A stretch of 64,000 bases of DNA from positions 2,396 to 66,395 of IMG/VR virus record IMGVR_UViG_3300042332_000965; one strand, written 5' to 3'. This stretch comes from a virus. A program made the position numbers and the translations under genes. Below, one piece after another: positions 38,866 to 48,454 of the stretch. How positions within the stretch are numbered: position 1 is the stretch's first letter; every line of letters begins with the position of its first letter. Under the pieces are notes generated by a model. It was not told the origin of the DNA and ran no database searches. It was given only the letters and a program-made list of their open reading frames with translations.

Positions 38866-39789
38866 TCAGGATTTTGACCACACTAAATAGCATTTTGCTA
38901 AAAATCCCGGTTTTTTCGAATCAAAGAATGGCGTAGCCATTCCTTGGATAAGCAGAGCTGATCTTGCTGTGTTCTTAACATCCTTCATGCAGCTAGCTGC
39001 GTACCGCAGCAACATCCATCGCACGGACTCGATTTCATCCTCATCTAAGGCATCTATCAAGGCGTACACCTTGTTCCATTCGTTGGATTTAGGCCACATT
39101 AGCATGGCACATAGAGGAAAAGCGTTGTGCTTCTCGTCTACGTTTTTCCCTAGATCTGCCAGGATAGATGAATCAAATCCGCAGGCTTGCATCTGATTCA
39201 AGTACACCAGGGCGTTCCTTGCGGAACCCGCAGCAGCCTTAGCAATGGCTTTGAATTCAGACTCCCGCACTGTGATGCCTTCATCGCCTGCTACCTTGAC
39301 TAGCAGATTATAGAGATCGCTGGAAGGCACTGCCTTCAGTTCGATCCCTGTAATCCGTGTACGGATCGCTTTGTCGATCTTCTCGGGCTGACTCGTACAT
39401 AGAAAAAAGTAGCTGTGCTTGGGGGTATCTTCGAACAACTTCAGCAGTCCTTGGAAAGCCTGCTTGCTGAGTGAATGTGCTTCATCCAGGATGTAGGCGG
39501 CGTTGCCGCCCCCTAGAGGCCGCATAGCAGCAGAGTCCTGCAAAGCACGGACATCATCTATCCCGTTCTTGACCGCAAGGTTGTGCTCCGTGATCGCCAT
39601 GTCGTTAGCACCGACTGCCTTGGCCATTATGCGAGCTAGCGTAGTCTTCCCGGTCCCTGGGGGACCAAAGAATCCTATGACTTTAGGGACGCTCTTAGCG
39701 TCTAAAAAGCCTTGTAGCTGCTTCACAGCCGAAGGCTGTCCTACGACATCTGCGAGGGTAGTTGGTCTATGTGTTGTATGGTAGCTCAT
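38866..39789 (-). CDS. dnaX: clamp loader AAA+ (DnaX gamma/tau-like)
   Basis: HRPTTLADVVGQ, GPPGTGKTT, GIDDVR, ILDEAH, LLKLFED, IRTR, GSARNA. Confidence 0.9.
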   Translation of the reverse strand: MSYHTTHRPTTLADVVGQPSAVKQLQGFLDAKSVPKVIGFFGPPGTGKTTLARIMAKAVGANDMAITEHNLAVKNGIDDVRALQDSAAMRPLGGGNAAYILDEAHSLSKQAFQGLLKLFEDTPKHSYFFLCTSQPEKIDKAIRTRITGIELKAVPSSDLYNLLVKVAGDEGITVRESEFKAIAKAAAGSARNALVYLNQMQACGFDSSILADLGKNVDEKHNAFPLCAMLMWPKSNEWNKVYALIDALDEDEIESVRWMLLRYAASCMKDVKNTARSALLIQGMATPFFDSKKPGFLAKCYLVWSKS

Positions 39790-40442
39790 TGTTTAGCCCA
39801 AGTCCTGAAGACGCAACCGAGAACTGCAACCAAATCTGCAATAGTTCCGTTGTTGGCTATAACAAAGTCTGCTACATCCTCGACGTTGAACTCCTCAGAT
39901 CGGTGGTTAGTAATCTGTGCTGGTACGTTGTCTTTTTGGATATAGATGATTATACCGCCAGAAGACTTGATGAAATCCACTTCGTTCGGGAACCGAACAT
40001 CTGTGAAGGCTATGTTGTAGCGACCGCAGCTACGTAGAGAATTCGCAACGCGAATCCAACAATCCCTGCCGTGAATATCACGTCCCGCCTCAGTGCCCAT
40101 ACGCTGCATCAACTGTCGTAGATCTTTACTGTTCCGCTTTGCGGAATCCCAGCCAATCTTATCTACGATGGTCTGTAAGCGAGCAAGGATTCCATTGTCC
40201 AGTTCGACCAATGGGTTCAGAGCGTAGAGTGCGGCACGCACTGGATTAGCGAAAGCCGCATGGATATAGCGGTAGTGCTCCGCTAGGAGCTTGCCGCAAG
40301 TGTCTTTTCCTGCTCCTTGGGGTCCGGCGAAGCCGACTACTGGTGGTAGTTTCATGGGTATACCTACTTTCCGTGGGGGTAATGTTGTAGTGGGTGATTT
40401 CAGTCTGGGATCCGAGTCGATGACGTACCAGGAGTCTCGCAT
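39786..40442 (-). CDS. deoxynucleoside monophosphate kinase
   Basis: GFAGPQGAGKDT, FANPVR, RQLMQRMGTE.GR, TDVRFPNE, HRSE; alternative start at 40355. Confidence 0.88.
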   Translation of the reverse strand: MRDSWYVIDSDPRLKSPTTTLPPRKVGIPMKLPPVVGFAGPQGAGKDTCGKLLAEHYRYIHAAFANPVRAALYALNPLVELDNGILARLQTIVDKIGWDSAKRNSKDLRQLMQRMGTEAGRDIHGRDCWIRVANSLRSCGRYNIAFTDVRFPNEVDFIKSSGGIIIYIQKDNVPAQITNHRSEEFNVEDVADFVIANNGTIADLVAVLGCVFRTWAKQ

Positions 40443-41839
40443 CAGCTTTCGGTTCCTGTGTAAGGTTGTTTGTCAGCCCACGACACGGGGCTAACTTCTG
40501 TTTCGGTCTTGAGCCTTAGTATAAGCCAAGGCCACTTTTTACGCAACTTGGTTGTCATAATTTCATTAGCCATAGCCACGTAGTCATGTAATTGACTCCT
40601 GTGGACTATAGCTACGATCGAATCATGGATCTCGCAAACGATCTCCGCATTCATTTTGGTCCGTTCAATTTCTGCCTGGATATCAATGATTGCTTGCAGC
40701 AAACAATGGAAGGCAGAGCCTTGAATAGGACAATTGATTACGAAGTTTCGCTTCTCTACGCCGTACCAAGCGAAGCCGGTAAGCGTATGGAAGAATCCAC
40801 GGGCAAGGTAGTTCGCGAACCAGCTCTTACGCCATTGGTTATAGACCTTGTATCGTACATTCCAGAAGTCATCCTCGATGCTCTTGATGTGGCTAACGAA
40901 GGCGTCTTCCCCTGGAATCTCGATCCATTGTCCTTCTGTGTGGTCGAACTCAAGTCCGAGTCGCTTGATTCCGTTGGTAGCTAAGTGATCTAGCATCCCG
41001 TTGTTCGTAGCAGTCTTCCATAGACGTAAAGTAATGTCTTTGTAGTAGTTGCCATAGAACCACGAAAACACAGCATCCGACTTGGTAGCTTGCCGTAGCA
41101 CCTTAGCTAGCTTTGGATTCTGTTCGATGAAATCGTCCTGGTAGATATAGCACTGCTTGCTGACTGCTCGGTGCATATCATAGTCGTTCTCCAAGTAACC
41201 AATAAGCGTAGGGTCTTTGTTGTAGCAAGCTGCAACGTGGACCTCAAGGCTGGAATAGTCGGATTCGACTATGTAGTAGTCTTTGGGTGGCGATACGCAC
41301 CCCTTGACATACCGTGTCAGTTCGGGCCTACGGCTCGGCAGGTTATTGAGATTAGGGCTATCGGAGCTACCCCGGAACGATTTCACGTTGTGTAGATTGA
41401 AGAATCCACGAAGTCTACCGTCGATCGTATCTCGGGTTAGAGCATTCAGGTACGTGGTTTTTATCTTCTGGAGTTGCATGTACTCTACGTACCAATCCAC
41501 GTACTCGGAATTGATACGTTCCAGAGCCTCAACGTCCATGACATACTTCCCGCTCTTAGCGGATCTTGTAGCCCCTGGGATACGCATGTGGTCGAATAGG
41601 ATCGTCCCCAATTGCTCCCGCGAGCCTATGGAACACTTGGTCCCGTAGATCTTACGCTGTCGTTGGAATATCTCATGGCTCTTTAGCTTGCGGCTTAGCT
41701 CTTGCGTAGCCTTATCTACAGACGCATGGGAAGCTGCAAGCTTCTCCATATCGATCGGTAGCCCCGCCGCTTCTATTTTCGACAAGGCTACCGATCCCTG
41801 CAAGAACAGCCTATGGGCATCCTTACTCGCCGGTTTCAT
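40442..41839 (-). CDS. polA: family A DNA polymerase, polymerase domain only
   Basis: Motif A DYSSLE, motif B RQATKSDAVFSWFYG, NCPIQGSA, motif C IHDS; no exonuclease domain. Confidence 0.9.
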   Translation of the reverse strand: MKPASKDAHRLFLQGSVALSKIEAAGLPIDMEKLAASHASVDKATQELSRKLKSHEIFQRQRKIYGTKCSIGSREQLGTILFDHMRIPGATRSAKSGKYVMDVEALERINSEYVDWYVEYMQLQKIKTTYLNALTRDTIDGRLRGFFNLHNVKSFRGSSDSPNLNNLPSRRPELTRYVKGCVSPPKDYYIVESDYSSLEVHVAACYNKDPTLIGYLENDYDMHRAVSKQCYIYQDDFIEQNPKLAKVLRQATKSDAVFSWFYGNYYKDITLRLWKTATNNGMLDHLATNGIKRLGLEFDHTEGQWIEIPGEDAFVSHIKSIEDDFWNVRYKVYNQWRKSWFANYLARGFFHTLTGFAWYGVEKRNFVINCPIQGSAFHCLLQAIIDIQAEIERTKMNAEIVCEIHDSIVAIVHRSQLHDYVAMANEIMTTKLRKKWPWLILRLKTETEVSPVSWADKQPYTGTES

Positions 41840-42005
41840 CCGTATCCTCCACTCGCGTAGGCGGCCAACCGTGTTTACGGATGTTCATGCCATGTAGGAA
41901 GGTGCTGAGTATCAGATCGAATCCGTTAATCAGCATAGTGATTAGAATTACGCAACCTAGGTAAATCGCTAGGTTGCTGAACATCCACTGTAGGGTTTCT
42001 AGCAT
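41823..42005 (-). CDS. small membrane protein
   Basis: Hydrophobic helix then HGWPP. Confidence 0.5.
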   Translation of the reverse strand: MLETLQWMFSNLAIYLGCVILITMLINGFDLILSTFLHGMNIRKHGWPPTRVEDTDETGE

Positions 42006-42208
42006 TACCGCTTCCTTCCAGTTGGTTTGGTTACAGTACCGGTGATCCTGCCCGCTTTGTCGCGGACAGTGATCTTAGGTCCATTGATAACAACGGACCC
42101 CGAAATACGCCCCGAGCTGTCTCGGAGCGTGTAACGCTCACTGGCATTAGCGACCGTAACGGTCGAAATGCACAGTAACGCGATGAATGTTACGATAGCA
42201 GTTTTCAT
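42005..42208 (-). CDS. small secreted protein
   Basis: Signal peptide then two RDxxGRIxG repeats. Confidence 0.55.
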   Translation of the reverse strand: MKTAIVTFIALLCISTVTVANASERYTLRDSSGRISGSVVINGPKITVRDKAGRITGTVTKPTGRKR

Positions 42209-42209
42209 A

Positions 42210-42740
42210 CTAAGTTTTACTTTCGCGGTTAATATGGTGGCCATGCCTCACTATCCAACTAGGATGAGGAGTTAGGTCATGCCTTTCTTGGAATAGGGGT
42301 ATTGTCACTGTACTAGCGATAATACCTACTATAATATGGCTAACATTAGCTTGCTTTAGTCCTAGCATCCGTGCAATAGCGGAAGATCCGTTAGTTTGCG
42401 ATAGCTCGATTATTCGCACTATCATATCGTCCGTTATGCGGGCGTGTTTTCGGTGATTACCCGCCTTTACTTTATCCATCATATTGTCTTTGGGTGTGCC
42501 TAGGATCAGATGATTGATATTAGTACAGCGGGTGTTGTTACACGTGTGGCGGATTTGCATCCCTTTTGGTATAGGACCATGTACGTGTGTCCACAGCAGA
42601 CGGGTAGCCGGTAGGCCAGCTACCCGTGCATACCCGTCTGTGTCCCTATTGCCTGGAAAAGATTCGTCGCACGCATCGGATTGTTTGTTCACCGATGCGA
42701 GCAGCCAATCTAATAGCGTTTGTTTAGTACCGTTTACCAT
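42210..42740 (-). CDS. HNH endonuclease with C-terminal HTH
   Basis: HGPIPKGMQIRHTCNNTRCTNINHLILGTPKDNMMD. Confidence 0.85.
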   Translation of the reverse strand: MVNGTKQTLLDWLLASVNKQSDACDESFPGNRDTDGYARVAGLPATRLLWTHVHGPIPKGMQIRHTCNNTRCTNINHLILGTPKDNMMDKVKAGNHRKHARITDDMIVRIIELSQTNGSSAIARMLGLKQANVSHIIVGIIASTVTIPLFQERHDLTPHPSWIVRHGHHINRESKT

Positions 42741-44004
42741 GAAGCCCTTTCCGTACTTCCGGCTTATGGTCAGCCCTCTGAGCGTTGTAACGCTCTTTGG
42801 CTTCGATGATTGTACCAAGCTGGATGCCCAGGAAGCCTGCGAGATCGAAAATTCGAATCAAAGCATCGGCTAGCTCAACAGCGACCATATCGTATTGTGG
42901 CAGCTTATCGTCCTTGATACCCTTGCGGTGACCTTCGAGTGCCTCACTGATCTCGCTGTGGATCAGAGCCAACTTCGTTGGCACGACTAATGAGTTGTTT
43001 GCCGCATCCCACCAACCCGCATTTTTGTTGTTGGAGTGGATAGTTTGGCAGAGGTCGTTCAGTTCCGCTACGGCTTTTGCCGTTATGGAACGCTGCTTTT
43101 GGCGTACAACGCCTACCCAGTCCTTTGACCATAGATTTCCAGCTTTGAGCTGCTCGATCGTTTTACCTAGACCTGAAGACACTCTATCTAATTCACCGCC
43201 CTTGTCCATATACTTATCGCCCTGGATAAGCACATCAGTCGCTTTGACGTATTCCCAGCCTTCGGCTGGTTTTGGTAGTGCTGGAGTTGCTAGAAGTGGC
43301 TTATGTGTGGCGTAGAAACCCGTTCCCAATCGCTTACGGTTTTCGCCTACAGTTTTGCGGTGGTTAACTATGTGTGGCTCCATACTAATCCATCCCCCAG
43401 TAAAAGTATTTAGTGGGTACGATTTGGTGTCCCTCTCAAATGCGGTGAAGCGGCAATCAGCATCGACGATTTCATCGTCCCCCATCAATCGCCATTGCTT
43501 TTCTTCTGGTTTGCTTTCAAGTACTTGGACTGTCGGTTGAAGCACAAAGAAAGGGAAATTCCACGTAACATTATCGATACGTAGCCGCACACCAAAATTG
43601 TCTATGTGGTGAACTTCTCCACCTGCGTTTACACAGTCGTCCATACCTTTGTCCCAAATGTCCGGCCAGCCGTTTTCTTCGTGAGTTGCTTTGCGGGTTA
43701 CTGTGAGCTTGGTACCTCGCTTGATTCCGTTCTGCTTTACCCATTCGTCTTGTTCGGCAACGTACTGCTCCAGAGGCGACAAGTGGACTTCGACGAAAGC
43801 GTAGTTCCAGCTAATCCCACTTTCCGTCACGAAAGACATTCTTGCTGACGTTACGACTCTATCTAGGCGTCGATGCACTACTACGTAGCCCTGTTCTCCC
43901 ATTGCCCTCTCGAAACTTTGATCGTCGAAATATGCCATCGAACCCACATCATTGGCTCCAGCTAGTCTGTAGGTTTTGTCTTTGTGTGTATAGTACGTCG
44001 TCAT
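42724..44004 (-). CDS. MazG-like nucleotide pyrophosphohydrolase with long modular N-terminus
   Basis: C-terminal KLALIHSEISEALEG...VELADALIRIFDLAG; N-terminal ~300 aa of unrelated small modules. Confidence 0.75.
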   Translation of the reverse strand: MTTYYTHKDKTYRLAGANDVGSMAYFDDQSFERAMGEQGYVVVHRRLDRVVTSARMSFVTESGISWNYAFVEVHLSPLEQYVAEQDEWVKQNGIKRGTKLTVTRKATHEENGWPDIWDKGMDDCVNAGGEVHHIDNFGVRLRIDNVTWNFPFFVLQPTVQVLESKPEEKQWRLMGDDEIVDADCRFTAFERDTKSYPLNTFTGGWISMEPHIVNHRKTVGENRKRLGTGFYATHKPLLATPALPKPAEGWEYVKATDVLIQGDKYMDKGGELDRVSSGLGKTIEQLKAGNLWSKDWVGVVRQKQRSITAKAVAELNDLCQTIHSNNKNAGWWDAANNSLVVPTKLALIHSEISEALEGHRKGIKDDKLPQYDMVAVELADALIRIFDLAGFLGIQLGTIIEAKERYNAQRADHKPEVRKGLHGKRY

Positions 44005-44006
44005 GC

Positions 44007-45398
44007 TTAAATAAACTCCGAAATTAGGTGGAAACGGCCAATGGCAGGTGTACCTGCGACGGCCAAGTAACTACTAGGTAACCCGCTAAGATACTCTCGC
44101 TCTCTTAGCACAATCCAATTCATCCGTGTGACTTGTTGGTCACGCTCCGTGGCGGTAATGTTCAGTCCTATCGCAGCGTTGCAGTGGCTCCAAATGCCTT
44201 TGCTTCCGCTGAAGTGCGACTGGTTTAACCAGTAACTAGTGCCTTGGTACGCATCTGCGTTCACTTGGCTAGCAGTAAGTACTAGGGCTTTGAACTCCGT
44301 ACTAATCGCTCGCAGGCGAGCCCAAATGTGATCTAAAGCTTCGTGCCTTTTGTCGAGTCCTCGACTAGAGGCAAGCAGTGCTGCATAGTCTAACCCAATA
44401 ATGTCTGCTGTCCAGCCCTGATTAGCCCAGGTCGTCAATGCTGCGTGGATATCTTCTACTGTCAGCGACCCTACAGGCTTAGTGACCATACGCAGGCGAG
44501 ATTCGCCTGAAGGGTCTCGTAGCTTTTGCCAAGCAGCAACTGCCTCGTCTTTACTATACGCAGAACTTGAGGCCCGCTCCTGATAATTTAGAGAAAATTC
44601 CTTATCTTTATATTTCAAGTCGGTTGGAATCTTGTAGTTGCAGGCAAATGCAGGTCGCCCTACGATCGCTGTGCTCCAGCGTTTAAGCATCTGATCCATG
44701 CTCAAATCGCCTAGATTAAAGAATGCGATCCGCTTCCCTTGGACAAGTCCTCTTTGGCATAAGCAGGCTAAATGGCTGGACTTTCCAGCTTTGTCTGCTC
44801 CGCATAGCACAACCAAAGCATCCCTATGGAGCGTAGGTCCGAGCCATCGGGAGATCGCTGTGCCTTCAGGGAACCGTATCAACGGTTCATAGTTTGCTTT
44901 GTCGTAGGCTTCCTCGATCGACGACGTGTCGTTGATCGGATCTATGTAACATTGATCTTGACTTAACTGGGGCGGCTTTGCCGCCTGTACGAGATCCCAC
45001 GCTGCTTGGTGATTTCCGTTGCTTAGGGCAGCTTGACTTTTCTCTATGATCTGCTTAATGGCAGCCTTAGATACTAGCGAGCCTATTAGCTCGACAGCGT
45101 AATCCGTGCTGACTTCTACCGGGCTCAGACCAGCTAGGAACTTACCTACCAAAGCACCAGTAGCTTCGTCCGCCGACTCTGCCCACTGCGAATAGATTGC
45201 TGTGATTGCTACGGCCCCAGGGGCCTCATGGAATTCCTTGAAATGGTTCAGGCACCAGCCAGCTACGGTGTTAGCCCACCTGGAGCTGAAAGCTCCCTGG
45301 GGGATTTTGCCAGCTACCTTTGCCAGCACGGAAGTATCTAGGCATAGGCAAGTGATGGCTAACTGCTCCTCGGCCCCACTGAATTGTTTGATGTGCAT
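44007..45398 (-). CDS. DnaB-like replicative helicase
   Basis: Walker A GADKAGKS, GLDYAALL, LTASQ; adjacent to primase. Confidence 0.8.
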   Translation of the reverse strand: MHIKQFSGAEEQLAITCLCLDTSVLAKVAGKIPQGAFSSRWANTVAGWCLNHFKEFHEAPGAVAITAIYSQWAESADEATGALVGKFLAGLSPVEVSTDYAVELIGSLVSKAAIKQIIEKSQAALSNGNHQAAWDLVQAAKPPQLSQDQCYIDPINDTSSIEEAYDKANYEPLIRFPEGTAISRWLGPTLHRDALVVLCGADKAGKSSHLACLCQRGLVQGKRIAFFNLGDLSMDQMLKRWSTAIVGRPAFACNYKIPTDLKYKDKEFSLNYQERASSSAYSKDEAVAAWQKLRDPSGESRLRMVTKPVGSLTVEDIHAALTTWANQGWTADIIGLDYAALLASSRGLDKRHEALDHIWARLRAISTEFKALVLTASQVNADAYQGTSYWLNQSHFSGSKGIWSHCNAAIGLNITATERDQQVTRMNWIVLREREYLSGLPSSYLAVAGTPAIGRFHLISEFI

Positions 45399-46270
45399 TA
45401 CTTCTCACCGAATACGAATTTTCTTAGTTGTTTGATTTCTCGTTCCGTGGCTTCGCCAGGATCCGCAGAGTCCAGATTGATAGTGTATGTCTCTCCGGGA
45501 AACACCATTAACTGTTCGGCCAGTTTATCGGCCCTTAGCTGTGCTTGGGCACTGTTGTCGAATACAATCACTCGACGCCAAATGCTTGCCAGCCAGTTGA
45601 TTTGTTCTGTAGTGTATCCTAGCCCCAGCGTAGCTACTGTCCCTCGACCTACCTTAATGGCAGACAAAGGCCCCTCGCAGACTATGCACGTATCCCGAAC
45701 GAATTGGTTTCCGAAAAGTATCGATTTCTCCTCGACTATTTTCTCCAGGGGACCAGCATTCTGGTATCTAGGTTCCTGCCCACAAGCCGCTCTCGCAGTC
45801 CAACTGACTGCTCGGCGGCCCTGGTAGATGGGAATAAACGCCCTGAAAGGGAGCGAGGAGAAGGGGCCAGTGGCTTGCAGACCCCAAATCGATTCTAGAT
45901 ACGCTATATTGTAGCCTCTGCTGCGTAGATACGCAGCCACGGCTGGTACAGCCTCAAGGGGCTGGAGCATCGTAGGGGGCTTGTATTGGCCTCTTACGAT
46001 GGTGCCTGTTTCCTTGGGTACGTAGATCCTATCTCCGAGTAGCTGCTTTATCTCCCCATAGGGAGCATTGGTGAGTTCTCGGAGAAGCTTAGATACATTC
46101 CAGCCGCCGCAAGTATAGCAAGCTGCCCTGGACAAGTCATCCTTTATGCCTAGGTGAAAACGCTCATTCCCGCAGCGAGGGCAGGGGCGTGCCTGCGTCC
46201 AACCGTGGCGGGAATGTTTGTCCGAAGTAGACCATTCTACCCCGTATTTATCTAGGAATTCTGTAAGCAT
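45398..46270 (-). CDS. DNA primase (Zn finger plus TOPRIM)
   Basis: CPRCG...CYTCG, YLRSRG, VCEGP, VFDNS, DPGE. Confidence 0.85.
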   Translation of the reverse strand: MLTEFLDKYGVEWSTSDKHSRHGWTQARPCPRCGNERFHLGIKDDLSRAACYTCGGWNVSKLLRELTNAPYGEIKQLLGDRIYVPKETGTIVRGQYKPPTMLQPLEAVPAVAAYLRSRGYNIAYLESIWGLQATGPFSSLPFRAFIPIYQGRRAVSWTARAACGQEPRYQNAGPLEKIVEEKSILFGNQFVRDTCIVCEGPLSAIKVGRGTVATLGLGYTTEQINWLASIWRRVIVFDNSAQAQLRADKLAEQLMVFPGETYTINLDSADPGEATEREIKQLRKFVFGEK

Positions 46271-46443
46271 TGGCGGCTAATCTTTTAAGAAAAAAGGGGG
46301 TGTTTTCATTACAGAATAAAGAGCTTCCGTTAACTTGCTGCTAGGCACGACGGACGCAAGCGTGCAAAGTGTTCTGGGGCCGTGAACGGCCATGTCACGT
46401 TCCTTTGGTCTCGGTAATCCCAAAGCACTTCAGCGTGTTCGAT

Positions 46444-46743
46444 CTACCATCCTCCCTTAAATTTGATTTGGTCTTTAATCTGCTCTAATGCCGCAGTAGC
46501 CACGCCTAGTAGCGGCTCCGGCTTTGGGATCCGATTGTCCCTATTGTTTAGTCTATCCCAGTTACAAGTAATCTGGAATTTGTGGCGTGTGGTTTTACGA
46601 GACAGCTCGCTGTAGGACTCAAGTACAACACCGAGAGATTCGCACCAATAGAAAACGTATCGTTTTCCCTTGAGCCCTAGATTTGTTTGAGTCCAGACGA
46701 TATTGCCGTGCTCGTCTGTGTATACTTCTGCTCTGAGTCCCAT
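46444..46743 (-). CDS. hypothetical protein
   Basis: GGAGG RBS, 99 aa. Confidence 0.6.
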   Translation of the reverse strand: MGLRAEVYTDEHGNIVWTQTNLGLKGKRYVFYWCESLGVVLESYSELSRKTTRHKFQITCNWDRLNNRDNRIPKPEPLLGVATAALEQIKDQIKFKGGW

Positions 46744-46767
46744 AGCTACCTCCAGTTAGAAATTGAG

Positions 46768-46885
46768 TGGGCAGCGGCAAGATTCGAACTTGCATACGAC
46801 AGCAGGCCCTGTTTACAGCAGAACCCGCTCTCGACACCGGTGATTTTATCTACCGGGGAGGCGATCCCTATCCCCCTCGCTGCCC
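46768..46885 (-). ncRNA. atypical tRNA-like RNA with Tyr(GUA)-type loop on an extended arm
   Basis: 8-bp acceptor GGGCAGCG/CGCTGCCC-A, T arm GCAAG-TTCGAAT-CTTGC, extra CCGGT/ACCGG arm, 11-bp stem closing CTGTAAA. Confidence 0.65.
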
Positions 46886-46965
46886 AGACTTCCTGCTTAC
46901 CTACTACAGGGCTACGAGTCTCACGTAGCGGTCTATCCGTTAAGGCGTTTGCATCCCTCAGATCG

Positions 46966-47514
46966 TTACGCACGCTCGCTGGTGCGTCTGATATGCTTCA
47001 CATAGTCTACAAACTTATAGTGCTCCGCATGGAACCTACGGGTTCGTGGGGAGCCGTGTGTGGCCCGCTGTACGAACCACTCATAAACAAAGTCAACCCC
47101 AGGCGGCATGTGCCGGTATACCGGCGTGCCTTCTACTGATTTGAGGTAAGCTCTGTAGCTGTCCAGGGCAGCTTGCACATACTCAGGGTCGATTCCTCGA
47201 CCATCCGATTCGATGCGTTCCCATAGGTCGCGTGCCGCGATACTTACGGGTAGCTTGCAGGCTACAGGGTCTTGCAGTGCTTCCGCGAGGAAGCCCTTGA
47301 AGTTGCGAAGCAGCACTGCGGAGCCGGGAACCGAGCCTGCTCGGTGAGCGGCTAGCCAGTTAGTAACGCACTCGATCTCTTGTTCTGTAAAACCCCGCTG
47401 TAGGAGATCCCGAAAGCACGCAACTTTAGTTTCACTATTCGTTAGTTGGCGATACTTGGTAAATAACCTAACAGCGGGGCTTGATTCTTTGTCTTGGCGG
47501 AGTTCTTGGAACAT
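46966..47514 (-). CDS. hypothetical protein
   Basis: Co-oriented ORF near primase. Confidence 0.55.
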   Translation of the reverse strand: MFQELRQDKESSPAVRLFTKYRQLTNSETKVACFRDLLQRGFTEQEIECVTNWLAAHRAGSVPGSAVLLRNFKGFLAEALQDPVACKLPVSIAARDLWERIESDGRGIDPEYVQAALDSYRAYLKSVEGTPVYRHMPPGVDFVYEWFVQRATHGSPRTRRFHAEHYKFVDYVKHIRRTSERA

Positions 47515-47515
47515 T

Positions 47516-47722
47516 TTACTTTGTGATTTTTTTAATGGATTCTTCGATCTCAATCATCTCTTGTAGGTTCTTGTAATTGGCACATGCAATATAAACCCAA
47601 ACACTAGCGAGACAGAACCACAGCACCATATCAGTAGTTTTCTCCTGATTGACTGCAACGGCTAGGTGTGCTAGGACCGTCGCGACATTCACACCTACAA
47701 GAAATTTCTGTAACTTAATCAT
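47516..47722 (-). CDS. small membrane protein
   Basis: Two hydrophobic segments. Confidence 0.55.
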   Translation of the reverse strand: MIKLQKFLVGVNVATVLAHLAVAVNQEKTTDMVLWFCLASVWVYIACANYKNLQEMIEIEESIKKITK

Positions 47723-48426
47723 TGCGTTTTGCTCTTTCGGGGATAGTCTTTTCCTTTAGGGTGGCGTATCGCCTCCTCTAGAGTCATGCCTGAATCTAGG
47801 CGATCTCGTAGAGTCTCTGGGTGTATATTACATTCTTTTGCCCATGCTGACAATACTTGTGTCCTACCTAATCCGGTAATATTTCTAGAATTCCGCTTAT
47901 TTCTGCTTTGTTCCTCACTAGTCGCCCAGCGACAATTATCTGGAGTATAGTTGCCATTTACATCCACACGATCGATGCTATCGCATTCCAAGGGCCTGCG
48001 GCCCATGTCCTCCAAGAAATTGTTGTAGCCATTCGTAGGGTCATTCCATCGATCACAGATACGGATTCCACGCCCTCCATAGTCTGGATACGATCGATTC
48101 TTTGTGTTGTAGCAACGGCTTTTTATGTTTACCCAAGTCCTATACTCGGTACTTTCAACATCCCCATGCCTAGTGAATGTGTCTATTAGCCAGTCCGTTA
48201 GTAGGCAGCCGCAGCTTTTAGTTCTAGCTGCCTCTAGATTAGACGTAGCATACACCCCTACACTACCACACATACAAACGCAAACTTGGTGGGCTCTGTG
48301 GCTTCCGTCGCTGTTCCGGAGCATGAACTTAGGTCCAATGGTCGTTAGACGACCGAAGGTCTCGGGAACAAAATTTTCGTAGTTCTTGTCAATTCGGATA
48401 CCATTGTGTACAATGTACTTAGCCAT
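47719..48426 (-). CDS. HNH-type homing endonuclease-like protein
   Basis: FGRLT, CVCMCG, KSCGC, YGGRGIRICDRW, SIDRVDVNGNYTPDNCRWAT..Q..N. Confidence 0.85.
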   Translation of the reverse strand: MAKYIVHNGIRIDKNYENFVPETFGRLTTIGPKFMLRNSDGSHRAHQVCVCMCGSVGVYATSNLEAARTKSCGCLLTDWLIDTFTRHGDVESTEYRTWVNIKSRCYNTKNRSYPDYGGRGIRICDRWNDPTNGYNNFLEDMGRRPLECDSIDRVDVNGNYTPDNCRWATSEEQSRNKRNSRNITGLGRTQVLSAWAKECNIHPETLRDRLDSGMTLEEAIRHPKGKDYPRKSKTQ

Positions 48427-48454
48427 GATGACTCCTATTAGTCGTTGGTGGTTA

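Noticed and set aside
40442-44004. Modified-base (dZ or 7-deazaguanine) pathway suggested by MazG, HAD and kinase genes
   Set aside because: No PurZ, DpdA, Que or thymidylate-synthase-like genes were recognised in the window.
46687-47139. ORFs 46746..46973 and 46687..47139
   Set aside because: They overlap the tRNA-like element or lie antisense to real genes; the RNA fold explains the sequence better.
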